Source of the DNA: Escherichia coli
GTDB lineage: Bacteria > Pseudomonadota > Gammaproteobacteria > Enterobacterales > Enterobacteriaceae
Reading direction: 5' to 3' (one strand)
Assembly: GCF_030013595.1 (NCBI RefSeq)
Contig: NZ_CP122768.1
Length of the DNA stretch: 64,000 nt
Made by a program: the position numbers and the translations under genes. The notes below the pieces were generated by a model, which did not search any database, had not been told where the DNA came from, and saw only the letters and a program-made list of their open reading frames with translations. Below, piece by piece: positions 28,478-42,877 of this stretch (its first letter is position 1; each line of letters begins with the position of its first letter).

Positions 28478-28960
28478 ATGACTAAAAATATCCGTAATCT
28501 TGCACTGGCAACGATGTCGGGGTTTCGCCATAAAACCGTTGATGTGCCTGAATGGGAGGGAGCAACGGTTGTGTTACGGGAACCTTCTGCAGAAGCCTGG
28601 TTGCGCTGGCAGGAGATCGTTAAAGCCAGGGAAGATGATACATCGCCATCTGTTGCAGAGCGTGCCCGCCGAAATCTGGAGGCGGACGTTGAGCTGTTCA
28701 TTGATGTTCTGTGTGATACCGGGCTGCAACCCGTATTTTCAGCGGATGATCGTGAACAGGTGATTGCCGTGTATGGCCCGGTGCATGCCCGGCTTCTTCG
28801 CCAGTCTCTGGAACTGATCAGTGATGCCGGAGAGGTTAAAAAAAGTAGCGCTTCCGGGGATGCGTTTTCTGATGATGCTGGCGCTCAGGATGGGGCGCAC
28901 ATTGTCAGAGTTACGCCGGGAAATGTCCGCATCAGAAATCATGATGTGGGCAGAATTTGA
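28478..28960 (+). CDS. Tail assembly chaperone (lambda G-like)
   Basis: Position between major tail protein and tape measure; overlapping downstream out-of-frame ORF. Confidence 0.7.
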   Translation: MTKNIRNLALATMSGFRHKTVDVPEWEGATVVLREPSAEAWLRWQEIVKAREDDTSPSVAERARRNLEADVELFIDVLCDTGLQPVFSADDREQVIAVYGPVHARLLRQSLELISDAGEVKKSSASGDAFSDDAGAQDGAHIVRVTPGNVRIRNHDVGRI

Positions 28961-29150
28961 CAGGTTCAGCCCGCTGGGGGACGAACGGGCTGATATCCGG
29001 GCTGCCCAGATTGTTTCCGCTGTTTACGGTGCGCAGGGGGTCAAAGTACCACTGAATGATGTGCTTCTTCAGTGGGAGCAGGAGCAGACAGAAGGCGCCT
29101 CAGATCCATTTGCCGGGCTGGAAAACGCGCTTTTAACCGTGTCTCAGTGA
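28478..29150 (+). CDS. Tail assembly chaperone frameshift fusion (GT-like), predicted recoding product
   Basis: Second ORF (28821..29150) overlaps the G 3' end in the +1 (equivalently -2) frame; A7 run at 28838..28844 in the overlap. Confidence 0.45.
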
Positions 29151-29190
29151 GTCAACATAACCGCTTCGGCGGTTTTTTTTCGTCCGGAGA

Positions 29191-32100
29191 ATGAGTGTGG
29201 CGACATTACGTGAACTGATTATTAAAATTTCGGCAAACTCCCGGTCATTTCAGTCAGAGATCTCCCGGGCTTCGCGTATGGGGCAGGATTACTACCGTAC
29301 CATGCAGAACGGAAGCCGACAGTCCGCTGCTGCATCCCGTGAAATGCGGCGTGCACTGGCAGAAGTGACGGATCAGATAAATACAGCTAAATCTTCGGCA
29401 CTGAACATGGCGGGGGCATTTGCCGGGGCTTTTGCTACCGGTCATCTTATTTCTCTCGCCGATGAGTGGAATTCAGTCAATGCCCGTCTGAAGCAGGCCT
29501 CACAGTCCAGTGATGATTTTCAGGCATCACAACGTGAATTAATGGCAATCAGCCAGAGAACGGGGACGGCTTTTTCTGATAACGCCAGCCTTTTTGCCCG
29601 TTCTGCAGCTTCCATGCGGGAGTATGGTTACAGTTCTGAGGAGGTACTGAAAGTCACCGAGGCGATCTCCACGGGCCTGAAATTATCCGGTGCCAGTACA
29701 GCAGAAGCCAGTTCGGTGATTACGCAGTTCAGTCAGGCACTGGCGCAGGGAGTGCTGCGCGGTGAAGAGTTTAACTCGGTGAATGAGAACGGCGATCGTG
29801 TTATTCGTGCGCTGGCTGGGGGAATGGGAGTTGCCCGTAAGGATCTGAAGGCCATGGCGGATAACGGAAAACTGACCGCCGATAAGGTTGTTCCTGCACT
29901 GATTAGTCAGCTTGGGGCATTACGTGATGAATATGCGGCAATGCCTGATACGGTTTCATCCTCTGCAACCAAAGTTGAAAACGCCTTTATGGCCTGGGTT
30001 GGTGGTGCGAACGAGGCAAGCGGAGTGACGCAGACGCTCTCCGGTGTGCTGAATGGTATTGCAGGCAATATTGACACCGTGGCAACCGCTGCCGGCGCTC
30101 TGGTTGCCGTCGGGGTAGCCCGATATTTTGGCAATATGGCGTCTTCTGCTGGATCTGCAACTGCCGGATTAATTACTGCAGCCAGAAACGAAGTGGCTCT
30201 TGCTGAAGCGCAACTTCGGGGGACACAGATAGCAACCGCCAGGGCGCGTGCGGCGGTTTATCGTGCGCAACAGGCGGTTGTTGCTGCTCGCGGTACCGAA
30301 AGGCAGGCCGCAGCAGAAGCGAAGCTGACAGCTGCCCAGGCGTCACTTACCCGTAATATTGCGGCCAGAACAGCGGCACAGACAACGCTGAATACTGTCA
30401 CGTCAGTGGGGAGTCGTCTGTTAAGTGGTGCGCTGGGGCTGGTTGGTGGTGTGCCGGGACTCGTCATGCTGGGGGCGACGGCCTGGTACACGATGTATCA
30501 GAATCAGGAGCAGGCCAGAGAATCTGCACGCCAGTATGCCGCAACAATCGACGAAATTCGCCAGAAAACGTCGGCAATGTCGCTTCCTGAAGCGTCAGAT
30601 AATGAGGAAAAAACGCGACAGGCACTGAAGGAGCAGAACAGGTTAATTGACGAGCAGAAAAGTAAGATTAAATCCTTACAGGAAAAAATTGCTGGCTATC
30701 AGTATGTGCTGGCAAATCCGGGCTGGACAACCGATAACGGTTTTATGATTAACCACATGACGTCGGTAAAAACTGTCACAGAAGGGCTTGCAGAAGCAAC
30801 AAATCAACTGGCAGTTGAACAGTCTCGCCTCACTCAAATGCAGGGCAAAGCGCAATCCATTCAGGATGTGCTTGCCGGGCTGGAGGAGCGACGGGTGGCG
30901 TTGATCCGTCAACAGGCAGCGGAACAAAACAAAGCGTATCAGTCCCTGTTGATCATGAATGGGCAGCATACCGAGTTTAATCGCCTTCTCGGGCTTGGTA
31001 ATGAATTACTTCAGCAGCGACAGGGGCTGGTGAATGTACCGTTACGGCTACCACAGGCAACCCTGGATGATAAACAGCAGACCGCACTGAATAACAGCAA
31101 GCGCGAACTGGCTCTGTCCCGCCTTAAGGGGGAAGCGCGTGAGCGTGCCCGACTGGGCTATGCTGCGGATGATCTCGGCTTTGTGGGAGAGGCGTATCAG
31201 ACAGCCAGACAGAATTATATCAATAACTCACTGGATGCCTGGCGAAATAACCAGGCAAATAAACCCAAAGCGCATAAAAAGACCGAAGCGGAAAAAACAG
31301 AAGATATTTATAAACGGCTGATTAAACAGCAAAAAGAACAGATAGCACTGGCAGGGCAGAATACTGAACTGGCTAAGATGAAATATCAGGTCAGTCAGGG
31401 CGAATTATCAACCCTGTCAGAAGCGCAGAAAAAAACGCTTTTGCAGAATGCAGCACTCATCGACCAGAAAAAGATTCGTGAGCAGCTTGCCGCGTATGAA
31501 AGCAGTCTGGCGGACAGTAATGCCAGTGCCCGGGCGTCTGACGACGCGCAGTTGCTGGGATATGGTGAAGGCTCACGGATGCGTGAACGGCTCCAGGAAA
31601 TGTGGAGTATCCGGCATGAGTTTGAGCAGAAAAATAACGAGCTGCTGAGACAGTATCAGGCCGGAGAAATTGAAGAAGCCCTGTGGAAACAGGAGAAAGA
31701 ACTGAATAAAAAATATCTGGAAGAGCGTCTCAGCGATCAGCAGGATTATTATGCAAAGGCCGATGCTTTACGTAATAACTGGAATGCTGGACTCCAGGAG
31801 GGACTGACCAACTGGGCAGACAGTGCCACCGATTATGCTTCACAGGCGGCAGATGCTGTCGTTTCCACGATGGACGGGCTGGTATCAAATATTTCCGATG
31901 CACTGGCCGGGAATGTTGTGGACTGGAGGAACTGGGGGAGTTCAGTTCTCCGGGAAGTTTCAAAAATTCTGATGAATGCAGCCATTGTTAACGGACTGAA
32001 ATCACTCTCCGGTGCCGGAGGGTGGCTTGGTACGGTCGGCGGATGGATTTCGGGGGCAGTGGCAAACGCAAAAGGTGGTGTTTACACATCGGCAAATCTG

Positions 32101-32424
32101 AGTGCTTACAGTAACACTATTGTGGATACACCGACGTATTTTGCTTTTGCGAAAGGTGCCGGGCTGATGGGTGAGGCCGGGCCTGAAGCAATCATGCCAC
32201 TGACACGGGCAGCGGACGGCTCTCTTGGGGTCAGGGCCATTGGAAATGTGAATGGTGGCGGTGGATTTGTTTATTCTCCCGTGTATCACATCAGCATTCA
32301 GAATCAAGGGAGCAATGGCGAGATAGATGCGCGCTCAGCCAGGGGACTGGTGGATCTGATCGACAGCAGGGTTGTGTCAATTATGCAGTCATCGCGTCGG
32401 GATGGAGGATTGTACAGTGCCTGA
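29191..32424 (+). CDS. Tail tape measure protein
   Basis: 1077 aa, alpha-helical, Ala/Gln-rich. Confidence 0.9.
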   Translation: MSVATLRELIIKISANSRSFQSEISRASRMGQDYYRTMQNGSRQSAAASREMRRALAEVTDQINTAKSSALNMAGAFAGAFATGHLISLADEWNSVNARLKQASQSSDDFQASQRELMAISQRTGTAFSDNASLFARSAASMREYGYSSEEVLKVTEAISTGLKLSGASTAEASSVITQFSQALAQGVLRGEEFNSVNENGDRVIRALAGGMGVARKDLKAMADNGKLTADKVVPALISQLGALRDEYAAMPDTVSSSATKVENAFMAWVGGANEASGVTQTLSGVLNGIAGNIDTVATAAGALVAVGVARYFGNMASSAGSATAGLITAARNEVALAEAQLRGTQIATARARAAVYRAQQAVVAARGTERQAAAEAKLTAAQASLTRNIAARTAAQTTLNTVTSVGSRLLSGALGLVGGVPGLVMLGATAWYTMYQNQEQARESARQYAATIDEIRQKTSAMSLPEASDNEEKTRQALKEQNRLIDEQKSKIKSLQEKIAGYQYVLANPGWTTDNGFMINHMTSVKTVTEGLAEATNQLAVEQSRLTQMQGKAQSIQDVLAGLEERRVALIRQQAAEQNKAYQSLLIMNGQHTEFNRLLGLGNELLQQRQGLVNVPLRLPQATLDDKQQTALNNSKRELALSRLKGEARERARLGYAADDLGFVGEAYQTARQNYINNSLDAWRNNQANKPKAHKKTEAEKTEDIYKRLIKQQKEQIALAGQNTELAKMKYQVSQGELSTLSEAQKKTLLQNAALIDQKKIREQLAAYESSLADSNASARASDDAQLLGYGEGSRMRERLQEMWSIRHEFEQKNNELLRQYQAGEIEEALWKQEKELNKKYLEERLSDQQDYYAKADALRNNWNAGLQEGLTNWADSATDYASQAADAVVSTMDGLVSNISDALAGNVVDWRNWGSSVLREVSKILMNAAIVNGLKSLSGAGGWLGTVGGWISGAVANAKGGVYTSANLSAYSNTIVDTPTYFAFAKGAGLMGEAGPEAIMPLTRAADGSLGVRAIGNVNGGGGFVYSPVYHISIQNQGSNGEIDARSARGLVDLIDSRVVSIMQSSRRDGGLYSA

Positions 32425-32758
32425 GCCTGAAGTTTTTAACTGGATCCCCCGTGAGGGGATGGAGACGACACGAAAGCCATCAGTTATTACGGTAAAGTTT
32501 GGTGACGGATATGAACAGCGACGGGCTGGTGGCCTGAATGCGGATCTGAAAACGTTTAAACCGGTATTTCGTGTCACAGATGAATATTCCCGTGCCGCGC
32601 TGGACAGTTTTTTATCCCGTCATGCCGGGATTCGTGCTTTTTTGTGGCGTCCGCCAAAACACAACAGGACTGTCCGGGTTGTCTGCAGGGAGTGGAGCAT
32701 TTCGGATAATGCCATGTATACCGATTTTAACTGTACCTTTGAAGAGGTCACTCACTGA
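32420..32758 (+). CDS. Minor tail protein M
   Basis: Lambda gpM-like sequence (MPEPEVFNWIPREGMETTRKPSVITVKFGDGYEQRR..); start approximate. Confidence 0.75.
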   Translation, partial: PEPEVFNWIPREGMETTRKPSVITVKFGDGYEQRRAGGLNADLKTFKPVFRVTDEYSRAALDSFLSRHAGIRAFLWRPPKHNRTVRVVCREWSISDNAMYTDFNCTFEEVTH

Positions 32759-33456
32759 TGCAGGGTATACAGCAGGAAACACTCAATGAGTGCACTAAAA
32801 CGGAGCAATCCGCGCTGGTCGTGCTCTGGGAAATTGATCTGACAGAGGTCGGCGGAGAACGTTATTTCTTCTGTAATGAGCAGAACGAAAAAGGTGAACC
32901 AGTCACCTGGCAGGGGCGGCAGTATCAGGCTTATCCCATTCAGGGAAGCGGATTTGAGATGAACGGCAAAGGAGCCAGTGCAAGGCCAACGCTTAAAGTC
33001 TCTAATCTGTACGGCATGGTCACCGGGATGGCGGAAGATTTGCAGAGTCTGGTCGGCGGAACGGTGGTCCGGCGTAAGGTTTACGCCCGTTTTCTGGATG
33101 CGGTGAACTTCGTCAACGGAAACAGCGAAGCCGATCCGGAGCAGGAGATTATCAGCCGCTGGCGCATCGAGCAGTGTAGCAATTTAACAGCGGTAAGTGC
33201 CTCCTTTGTACTGTCCACGCCGACGGAAACGGATGGCGCTGTTTTTCCGGGACGTATCATGCTGGCCAACACCTGCACCTGGACCTATCGCGGTGATGAG
33301 TGCGGTTATCACGGTCCGGCGGTCGCGGATGAATATGACCAGCCGACGTCCGATATCACGAAGGATAAATGCAGCAAATGCCTGAGCGGTTGTAAGTTCC
33401 GCAATAACGTCGGCAACTTTGGTGGCTTCCTTTCCATTAACAAACTTTCGCAGTAA
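32758..33456 (+). CDS. Minor tail protein L
   Basis: Lambda gpL-like; C-terminal Cys cluster (CSKCLSGCKFRNNVGNFGGF). Confidence 0.85.
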   Translation: MQGIQQETLNECTKTEQSALVVLWEIDLTEVGGERYFFCNEQNEKGEPVTWQGRQYQAYPIQGSGFEMNGKGASARPTLKVSNLYGMVTGMAEDLQSLVGGTVVRRKVYARFLDAVNFVNGNSEADPEQEIISRWRIEQCSNLTAVSASFVLSTPTETDGAVFPGRIMLANTCTWTYRGDECGYHGPAVADEYDQPTSDITKDKCSKCLSGCKFRNNVGNFGGFLSINKLSQ

Positions 33457-33461
33457 ATCCC

Positions 33462-34205
33462 ATGACACAGACAGAATCAGCGATTCTGGCGCACGCCCGG
33501 CGATGTGCGCCAGCGGAGTCGTGCGGCTTCGTGGTAAGCACGCCGGAGGGGGAAAGATATTTCCCCTGCGTGAATATCTCCGGTGAGCCGGAGGCGTATT
33601 TCCGTATGTCGCCGGAAGACTGGCTGCAGGCAGAAATGCAGGGTGAGATTGTGGCGCTGGTCCACAGCCACCCCGGTGGTCTGCCCTGGCTGAGTGAGGC
33701 CGACCGGCGGCTGCAGGTGCAGAGTGATTTGCCGTGGTGGCTGGTTTGCCGGGGGGCGATTCACAAGTTCCGCTGTGTGCCACATCTTTCCGGGCGGCGC
33801 TTTGAGCACGGGGTGACGGACTGTTACACGCTGTTCCGGGATGCTTACCATCTGGCGGGGATTGAGATGCCGGATTTTCATCGCGAGGATGACTGGTGGC
33901 GTCACGGTCAGAATCTCTATCTGGATAATCTGGAGGCCACAGGGCTGTATCAGGTGCCGTTGTCAGCGGCGCAGCCGGGCGATGTGCTGCTGTGCTGTTT
34001 TGGTTCATCGGTGCCGAATCATGCCGCCATTTACTGTGGTGACAGCGAGCTGCTGCACCATATTCCTGAACAACTGAGCAAACGAGAGAGGTACACCGAC
34101 AAATGGCAGCGACGCACACACTCCCTCTGGCGTCACCGGGCATGGCACGCATCTGCCTTTACGGGGATTTGCAACGATTTGGCCGCCGCATCGACCTTCG
34201 AGTGA
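33462..34205 (+). CDS. Tail assembly protein K (MPN/JAB plus NlpC/P60 domains)
   Basis: Lambda gpK-like; HSHP metal-binding motif (ALVHSHPGG). Confidence 0.85.
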   Translation: MTQTESAILAHARRCAPAESCGFVVSTPEGERYFPCVNISGEPEAYFRMSPEDWLQAEMQGEIVALVHSHPGGLPWLSEADRRLQVQSDLPWWLVCRGAIHKFRCVPHLSGRRFEHGVTDCYTLFRDAYHLAGIEMPDFHREDDWWRHGQNLYLDNLEATGLYQVPLSAAQPGDVLLCCFGSSVPNHAAIYCGDSELLHHIPEQLSKRERYTDKWQRRTHSLWRHRAWHASAFTGICNDLAAASTFE

Positions 34206-34750
34206 AAACGGGGTCCGAAGCCATCCGGGCGCTGGCCATGCAGAACCCGGCGTTTCGTCAGAAACTGAGCGACGGCTGGTACCAGGTACGCATTGCCGGG
34301 CGTGATGCAGGTGAAACCGAATTGTCTGCCCGTCTTAATGAGCCGCTGGCAAATGGTGCCGTGATCCACATCGTGCCGCGTCTGGCGGGAGCTAAAAGTG
34401 GCGGTGTTTTTCAGGCAGTGCTGGGTGCGGCGCTGATTGCGGTGGCATGGTGGAACCCTGTGGGCTGGCTGGGTGCCGCGGCTGTATCGGGCATGTATGC
34501 GGCAGGGGCCAGTATGATCCTGGGCGGTGTTGCACAGATGCTGGCCCCTAAACCCAAAACTCCCCGCACACAGACAACGGATAACGGCAAACAGAACACC
34601 TATTTTTCTTCACTGGATAATATGGTTGCCCAGGGCAATGTTCTGCCCGTTCTGTACGGTGAAATGCGCGTGGGATCACGTGTGGTATCTCAGGAGATCA
34701 GCACAGCAGATGAAGGTGATGGTGGTCAGGTTGTGGTGATTGGTCGCTGA
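34103..34750 (+). CDS. Tail assembly protein I
   Basis: Near-identical to lambda gpI as recalled (MAATHTLPLASPGMARICLYGDLQRFGRRIDLRV..). Confidence 0.85.
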   Translation: MAATHTLPLASPGMARICLYGDLQRFGRRIDLRVKTGSEAIRALAMQNPAFRQKLSDGWYQVRIAGRDAGETELSARLNEPLANGAVIHIVPRLAGAKSGGVFQAVLGAALIAVAWWNPVGWLGAAAVSGMYAAGASMILGGVAQMLAPKPKTPRTQTTDNGKQNTYFSSLDNMVAQGNVLPVLYGEMRVGSRVVSQEISTADEGDGGQVVVIGR

Positions 34751-34807
34751 TGCAAAATGTTTTATGTGAAACCGCCTGCGGGCGGTTTTGTCGTTTCTGG
34801 AGCGTGA

Positions 34808-38209
<3,402 letters not shown>

Positions 38210-38227
38210 ATTTTATAATCCATAACG

Positions 38228-38251
38228 GGCGTCAGAAATGACGCCTTTTTT
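38228..38251 (+). terminator. Intrinsic terminator after J
   Basis: ggcgtca-gaaa-tgacgcc followed by T6. Confidence 0.5.
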
Positions 38252-38275
38252 ATTGCAGAAAAGCGAGAGGTAATT

Positions 38276-38875
38276 ATGCGTAAACTTTATGCCGCCATTT
38301 TGTCCGCAGCCATTTGTCTGGCCGTATCCGGTGCGCCTGCATGGGCGTCTGAGCAGCAGGCCACGCTGAGCGTGGGGTATCTTCATGCCCGGACGAACGT
38401 TCCCGGCAGTGATGATCTGAACGGGATTAACGTGAAATACCGTTATGAGTTTACGGACACACTGGGGATGGTGACGTCATTCAGCTATGCAGGAGACAAG
38501 AATCGCCAGCTGACCCATTACAGCGATACCCGCTGGCATGAAGATTCCGTTCGTAACCGCTGGTTCAGCGTAATGGCGGGGCCGTCTGTGCGCGTGAATG
38601 AATGGTTCAGCGCGTATGCGATGGCGGGTGTGGCTTACAGCCGTGTGTCGACTTTCTCCGGGGATTATCTCCGCGTAACTGACAACAAGGGGAAAACGCA
38701 CGACGTGCTGACCGGAAGTGATGACGGTCGCCACAGCAACACGTCTCTGGCGTGGGGAGCTGGCGTGCAGTTTAACCCGACCGAATCCGTGGCCATTGAT
38801 ATTGCTTATGAAGGCTCCGGCAGTGGCGACTGGCGCACTGACGGTTTCATCGTGGGTGTCGGTTATAAGTTCTGA
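38276..38875 (+). CDS. lom: Lom-like outer-membrane beta-barrel protein (Ail/Lom/PagC family)
   Basis: Signal peptide MRKLYAAILSAAICLAVSGAPAWA; barrel ending ..GVGYKF. Confidence 0.8.
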   Translation: MRKLYAAILSAAICLAVSGAPAWASEQQATLSVGYLHARTNVPGSDDLNGINVKYRYEFTDTLGMVTSFSYAGDKNRQLTHYSDTRWHEDSVRNRWFSVMAGPSVRVNEWFSAYAMAGVAYSRVSTFSGDYLRVTDNKGKTHDVLTGSDDGRHSNTSLAWGAGVQFNPTESVAIDIAYEGSGSGDWRTDGFIVGVGYKF

Positions 38876-38902
38876 TTAGCCAGGTAACACAGTGTTATGA
38901 CA

Positions 38903-38928
38903 GCCCGCCGGTTCAGGCGGGCTTTTTT
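38903..38928 (+). terminator. Intrinsic terminator after lom
   Basis: gcccgcc-ggttcag-gcgggc followed by T6. Confidence 0.5.
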
Positions 38929-38939
38929 GTGGGGTGAAT

Positions 38940-41900
38940 ATGGCAGTAAAGATTTCAGGTGTACTGAAAGACGGCACAGGAAAACCGGTACAGAACTGCA
39001 CAATCCAGCTGAAAGCAAAACGTAACAGCACCACGGTGGTGGTGAACACGCTGGCCTCAGAAAATCCGGATGAAGCCGGGCGTTACAGCATGGACGTTGA
39101 GTACGGTCAGTACAGCGTTATTCTGTTGGTGGAAGGATTCCCGCCGTCACATGCCGGGACCATCACCGTGTATGAAGATTCCCGACCCGGTACGCTGAAT
39201 GATTTTCTCGGTGCCATGACGGAGGATGATGCCCGTCCGGAGGCACTGCGCCGTTTTGAACTGATGGTGGAAGAGGTGGCGCGTAACGCGTCCGCGGTGG
39301 CACAGAACACGGCAGCCGCGAAGAAGTCAGCCAGCGATGCCGGCACATCAGCCCGTGAGGCGGCAACCCATGCGACTGATGCTGCAGGCTCAGCACGCGC
39401 AGCCAGCACGTCAGCCGGACAGGCCGCGTCGTCGGCTCAGTCAGCGTCTTCCAGCGCAGGAACGGCATCAACAAAGGCCACTGAAGCGGAAAAAAGTGCT
39501 GCCGCTGCAGAGTCCTCAAAAAGCGCGGCGGCCACCAGTGCCGGTGCGGCGAAAACGTCAGAAACGAATGCCGCAGCGTCACAACAATCAGCAGCCACTT
39601 CTGCATCCACCGCGACTACGAAAGCGTCAGAAGCTGCCACCTCAGCCCGGGATGCGGCGGCCTCAAAAGAGGCAGCGAAATCATCAGAAACGAACGCATC
39701 CTCGAGCGCCAGTAGCGCAGCTTCCTCGGCAACGGCGGCAGGAAATTCCGCGAAGGCGGCAAAAACGTCAGAGACGAACGCCAGGTCTTCTGAAACGGCA
39801 GCGGGACAGAGCGCCTCGGCTGCGGCAGGCTCAAAAACAGCGGCTGCATCATCTGCCAGTGCAGCGTCAACAAGTGCCGGGCAGGCCTCAGCCAGTGCCA
39901 CCGCCGCCGGAAAATCGGCAGAAAGCGCCGCATCGTCTGCTTCAACAGCCACAACGAAGGCTGGCGAAGCCACTGAACAGGCCAGCGCAGCAGCGAGGTC
40001 TGCTTCCGCAGCGAAGACATCCGAAACGAACGCGAAAGCGTCGGAAACCAGCGCAGAATCCTCAAAAACGGCAGCCGCATCGTCCGCCAGTTCGGCAGTG
40101 TCATCGGCATCATCTGCGTCTGCTTCAAAAGATGAGGCGACCAGACAGGCGTCAGCAGCGAAGGGCAGCGCCACGACGGCATCCACGAAGGCGACAGAGG
40201 CAGCTGGCAGTGCGAGGGCAGCAGCTCAGAGCAAAAGTACGGCGGAATCTGCAGCAACGCGCGCTGAGACAGCGGCAAAACGGGCAGAGGATATTGCATC
40301 CGCCGTGGCGCTTGAGGATGCGAGCACGACGAAAAAGGGGATAGTACAGCTCAGCAGTGCGACCAACAGTACGTCTGAAACGCTGGCGGCAACGCCAAAG
40401 GCAGTAAAATCAGCCTATGACAATGCAGAGAAACGTCTGCAGAAAGACCAGAACGGCGCTGATATACCCGATAAGGGACGCTTCCTGAACAACATTAACG
40501 CGGTCAGTAAAACAGACTTTGCTGATAAGCGTGGTATGCGTTATGTGCGGGTTAACGCTCCTGCAGGTGCAACATCTGGAAAATATTACCCTGTTGTTGT
40601 TATGCGTTCTGCTGGCTCAGTAAGCGAACTGGCATCAAGGGTCATTATCACCACGGCAACGCGAACCGCAGGCGATCCGATGAATAACTGCGAGTTTAAC
40701 GGGTTTGTTATGCCTGGTGGCTGGACTGACAGGGGGCGTTATGCTTATGGAATGTTCTGGCAATATCAAAACAATGAACGAGCCATCCACTCAATAATGA
40801 TGAGTAATAAGGGCGATGATTTGCGCTCTGTGTTCTATGTTGATGGTGCTGCTTTCCCTGTTTTTGCGTTTATTGAAGATGGCCTGTCAATATCCGCACC
40901 TGGTGCTGATCTCGTTGTTAATGATACGACCTATAAGTTTGGGGCAACAAATCCAGCGACGGAATGTATCGCGGCGGACGTTATCCTTGATTTTAAGAGT
41001 GGCCGTGGTTTTTATGAGTCCCATTCGTTAATCGTTAACGATAACTTGTCGTGCAAAAAACTTTTTGCCACAGACGAAATTGTAGCGCGTGGTGGTAATC
41101 AGATTCGAATGATAGGTGGGGAGTATGGTGCATTATGGCGTAATGATGGCGCTAAAACTTACCTGCTGCTTACCAATCAAGGTGATGTTTATGGTGGCTG
41201 GAATACATTAAGACCGTTTGCTATTGATAACGCAACCGGCGAACTGGTTATTGGAACCAAACTGTCCGCAAGTCTGAACGGTAATGCATTAACAGCAACA
41301 AAGCTGCAAACGCCAAGACTGGTTTCTGGGGTTGAGTTTGATGGTTCCAGAGATATTACTTTAACCGCTGCGCATGTTGCTGCTTTTGCCAGAAGAGCAA
41401 CGGATACGTATGCCGATGCGGATGGGGGCGTTCCCTGGAATGCCGAATCAGGCGCTTACAATGTCACCCGCTCTGGCAACAGCTATATTCTGGTTAACTT
41501 CTATACCGGAGTCGGAAGTTGCCGGACATTGCAGATGAAGGCGCATTACAGAAATGGAGGTCTGTTCTACCGTTCCTCAAGAGATGGCTATGGTTTTGAG
41601 GAAGACTGGGCAGAAGTTTATACCTCGAAAAATCTTCCACCAGAAAGCTACCCAGTCGGCGCACCAATCCCGTGGCCATCAGATACCGTTCCGTCTGGTT
41701 ATGCCCTGATGCAGGGGCAGACTTTTGACAAATCTGCTTACCCGAAACTTGCAGCCGCTTATCCGTCAGGCGTGATCCCTGATATGCGTGGCTGGACGAT
41801 TAAGGGCAAACCTGCCAGTGGTCGGGCCGTATTGTCTCAGGAACAGGACGGCATTAAATCGCACACCCACAGCGCCAGCGTATCCAGTACGGATTTGGGG

Positions 41901-42293
41901 ACGAAAACCACATCGTCGTTTGATTACGGCACTAAATCCACGAATAACACCGGGGCGCATACGCACAGTGTGAGCGGTACAGCCGCAAGTGCCGGAAACC
42001 ATACTCATAGTGTCACAGGCGCATCAGCAGTCAGCCAGTGGTCACAAAATGGGTCAGTACATAAGGTAGTGTCTGCGGCCAGTGTGAATACAAGTGCTGC
42101 AGGAGCACACACTCATAGTGTCAGCGGCACAGCTGCATCTGCAGGTGCTCACGCACATACTGTCGGTATTGGTGCTCATACGCACTCTGTTGCGATTGGC
42201 TCACATGGACACACTATCACCGTTAACGCTGCTGGTAACGCGGAAAACACCGTCAAAAACATCGCATTTAACTACATTGTGAGGCTTGCATAA
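38940..42293 (+). CDS. Side tail fibre protein (Stf-like) with long Ala/Ser-rich repeat region
   Basis: N-terminus [26 protein letters not shown].. (lambda Stf-like); GAHTHS-type repeats near the C-terminus. Confidence 0.85.
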   Translation: MAVKISGVLKDGTGKPVQNCTIQLKAKRNSTTVVVNTLASENPDEAGRYSMDVEYGQYSVILLVEGFPPSHAGTITVYEDSRPGTLNDFLGAMTEDDARPEALRRFELMVEEVARNASAVAQNTAAAKKSASDAGTSAREAATHATDAAGSARAASTSAGQAASSAQSASSSAGTASTKATEAEKSAAAAESSKSAAATSAGAAKTSETNAAASQQSAATSASTATTKASEAATSARDAAASKEAAKSSETNASSSASSAASSATAAGNSAKAAKTSETNARSSETAAGQSASAAAGSKTAAASSASAASTSAGQASASATAAGKSAESAASSASTATTKAGEATEQASAAARSASAAKTSETNAKASETSAESSKTAAASSASSAVSSASSASASKDEATRQASAAKGSATTASTKATEAAGSARAAAQSKSTAESAATRAETAAKRAEDIASAVALEDASTTKKGIVQLSSATNSTSETLAATPKAVKSAYDNAEKRLQKDQNGADIPDKGRFLNNINAVSKTDFADKRGMRYVRVNAPAGATSGKYYPVVVMRSAGSVSELASRVIITTATRTAGDPMNNCEFNGFVMPGGWTDRGRYAYGMFWQYQNNERAIHSIMMSNKGDDLRSVFYVDGAAFPVFAFIEDGLSISAPGADLVVNDTTYKFGATNPATECIAADVILDFKSGRGFYESHSLIVNDNLSCKKLFATDEIVARGGNQIRMIGGEYGALWRNDGAKTYLLLTNQGDVYGGWNTLRPFAIDNATGELVIGTKLSASLNGNALTATKLQTPRLVSGVEFDGSRDITLTAAHVAAFARRATDTYADADGGVPWNAESGAYNVTRSGNSYILVNFYTGVGSCRTLQMKAHYRNGGLFYRSSRDGYGFEEDWAEVYTSKNLPPESYPVGAPIPWPSDTVPSGYALMQGQTFDKSAYPKLAAAYPSGVIPDMRGWTIKGKPASGRAVLSQEQDGIKSHTHSASVSSTDLGTKTTSSFDYGTKSTNNTGAHTHSVSGTAASAGNHTHSVTGASAVSQWSQNGSVHKVVSAASVNTSAAGAHTHSVSGTAASAGAHAHTVGIGAHTHSVAIGSHGHTITVNAAGNAENTVKNIAFNYIVRLA

Positions 42294-42877
42294 TGGCATT
42301 CAGAATGAGTGAACAACCACGGACCATAAAAATTTATAATCTGCTGGCCGGAACTAATGAATTTATTGGTGAAGGTGATGCATATATTCCGCCTCATACA
42401 GGTCTGCCAGCAAACAGTACCGATATTGCACCGCCAGATATTCCGGCTGACTTTGTGGCTGTTTTCAACAGTGATGAGGCATCGTGGCATCTCGTTGAAG
42501 ACCATCGGGGTAAAACAGTTTATGACGTGGCATCAGGGGACGCGTTATTTATTTCTGAACTCGGTCCGTTACCGGAAAATGTTACCTGGTTATCGCCGGA
42601 AGGGGAATATCAGAAGTGGAACGGCACAGCCTGGGTGAAAGATGCAGAAGCAGAAAAACTATTCCGGATCCGGGAAGCGGAAGAAACAAAAAACAGCTTG
42701 ATGCAGGTAGCCAGTGAGCATATAGCGCCGCTTCAGGATGCTGTAGATCTGGAGATCGCAACGGAGGAAGAAAACTCGTTGCTGGAAGCCTGGAAGAAGT
42801 ATCGGGTGTTGCTGAACCGTGTTGATACATCAACTGCACCTGATATTGAGTGGCCGGAAGAACCAGACACAATGTAA
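42293..42877 (+). CDS. Tail fibre assembly protein (Tfa)
   Basis: 194 aa immediately after stf with overlapping start. Confidence 0.8.
   Translation: MAFRMSEQPRTIKIYNLLAGTNEFIGEGDAYIPPHTGLPANSTDIAPPDIPADFVAVFNSDEASWHLVEDHRGKTVYDVASGDALFISELGPLPENVTWLSPEGEYQKWNGTAWVKDAEAEKLFRIREAEETKNSLMQVASEHIAPLQDAVDLEIATEEENSLLEAWKKYRVLLNRVDTSTAPDIEWPEEPDTM

Noticed and set aside
33184-34152. 322-aa minus-strand ORF across the K and I genes
   Set aside because: Low-complexity Pro/Arg/Ala-rich antisense frame; the sense-strand K and I genes match lambda closely
39107-40344. Several overlapping ORFs on both strands in the tail-fibre repeat region (for example 39337..40344 and 39437..40186)
   Set aside because: Generated by the repetitive Ala/Ser codons of stf; extreme Arg/Pro/Gln or Ala/Asp composition and no ribosome-binding sites
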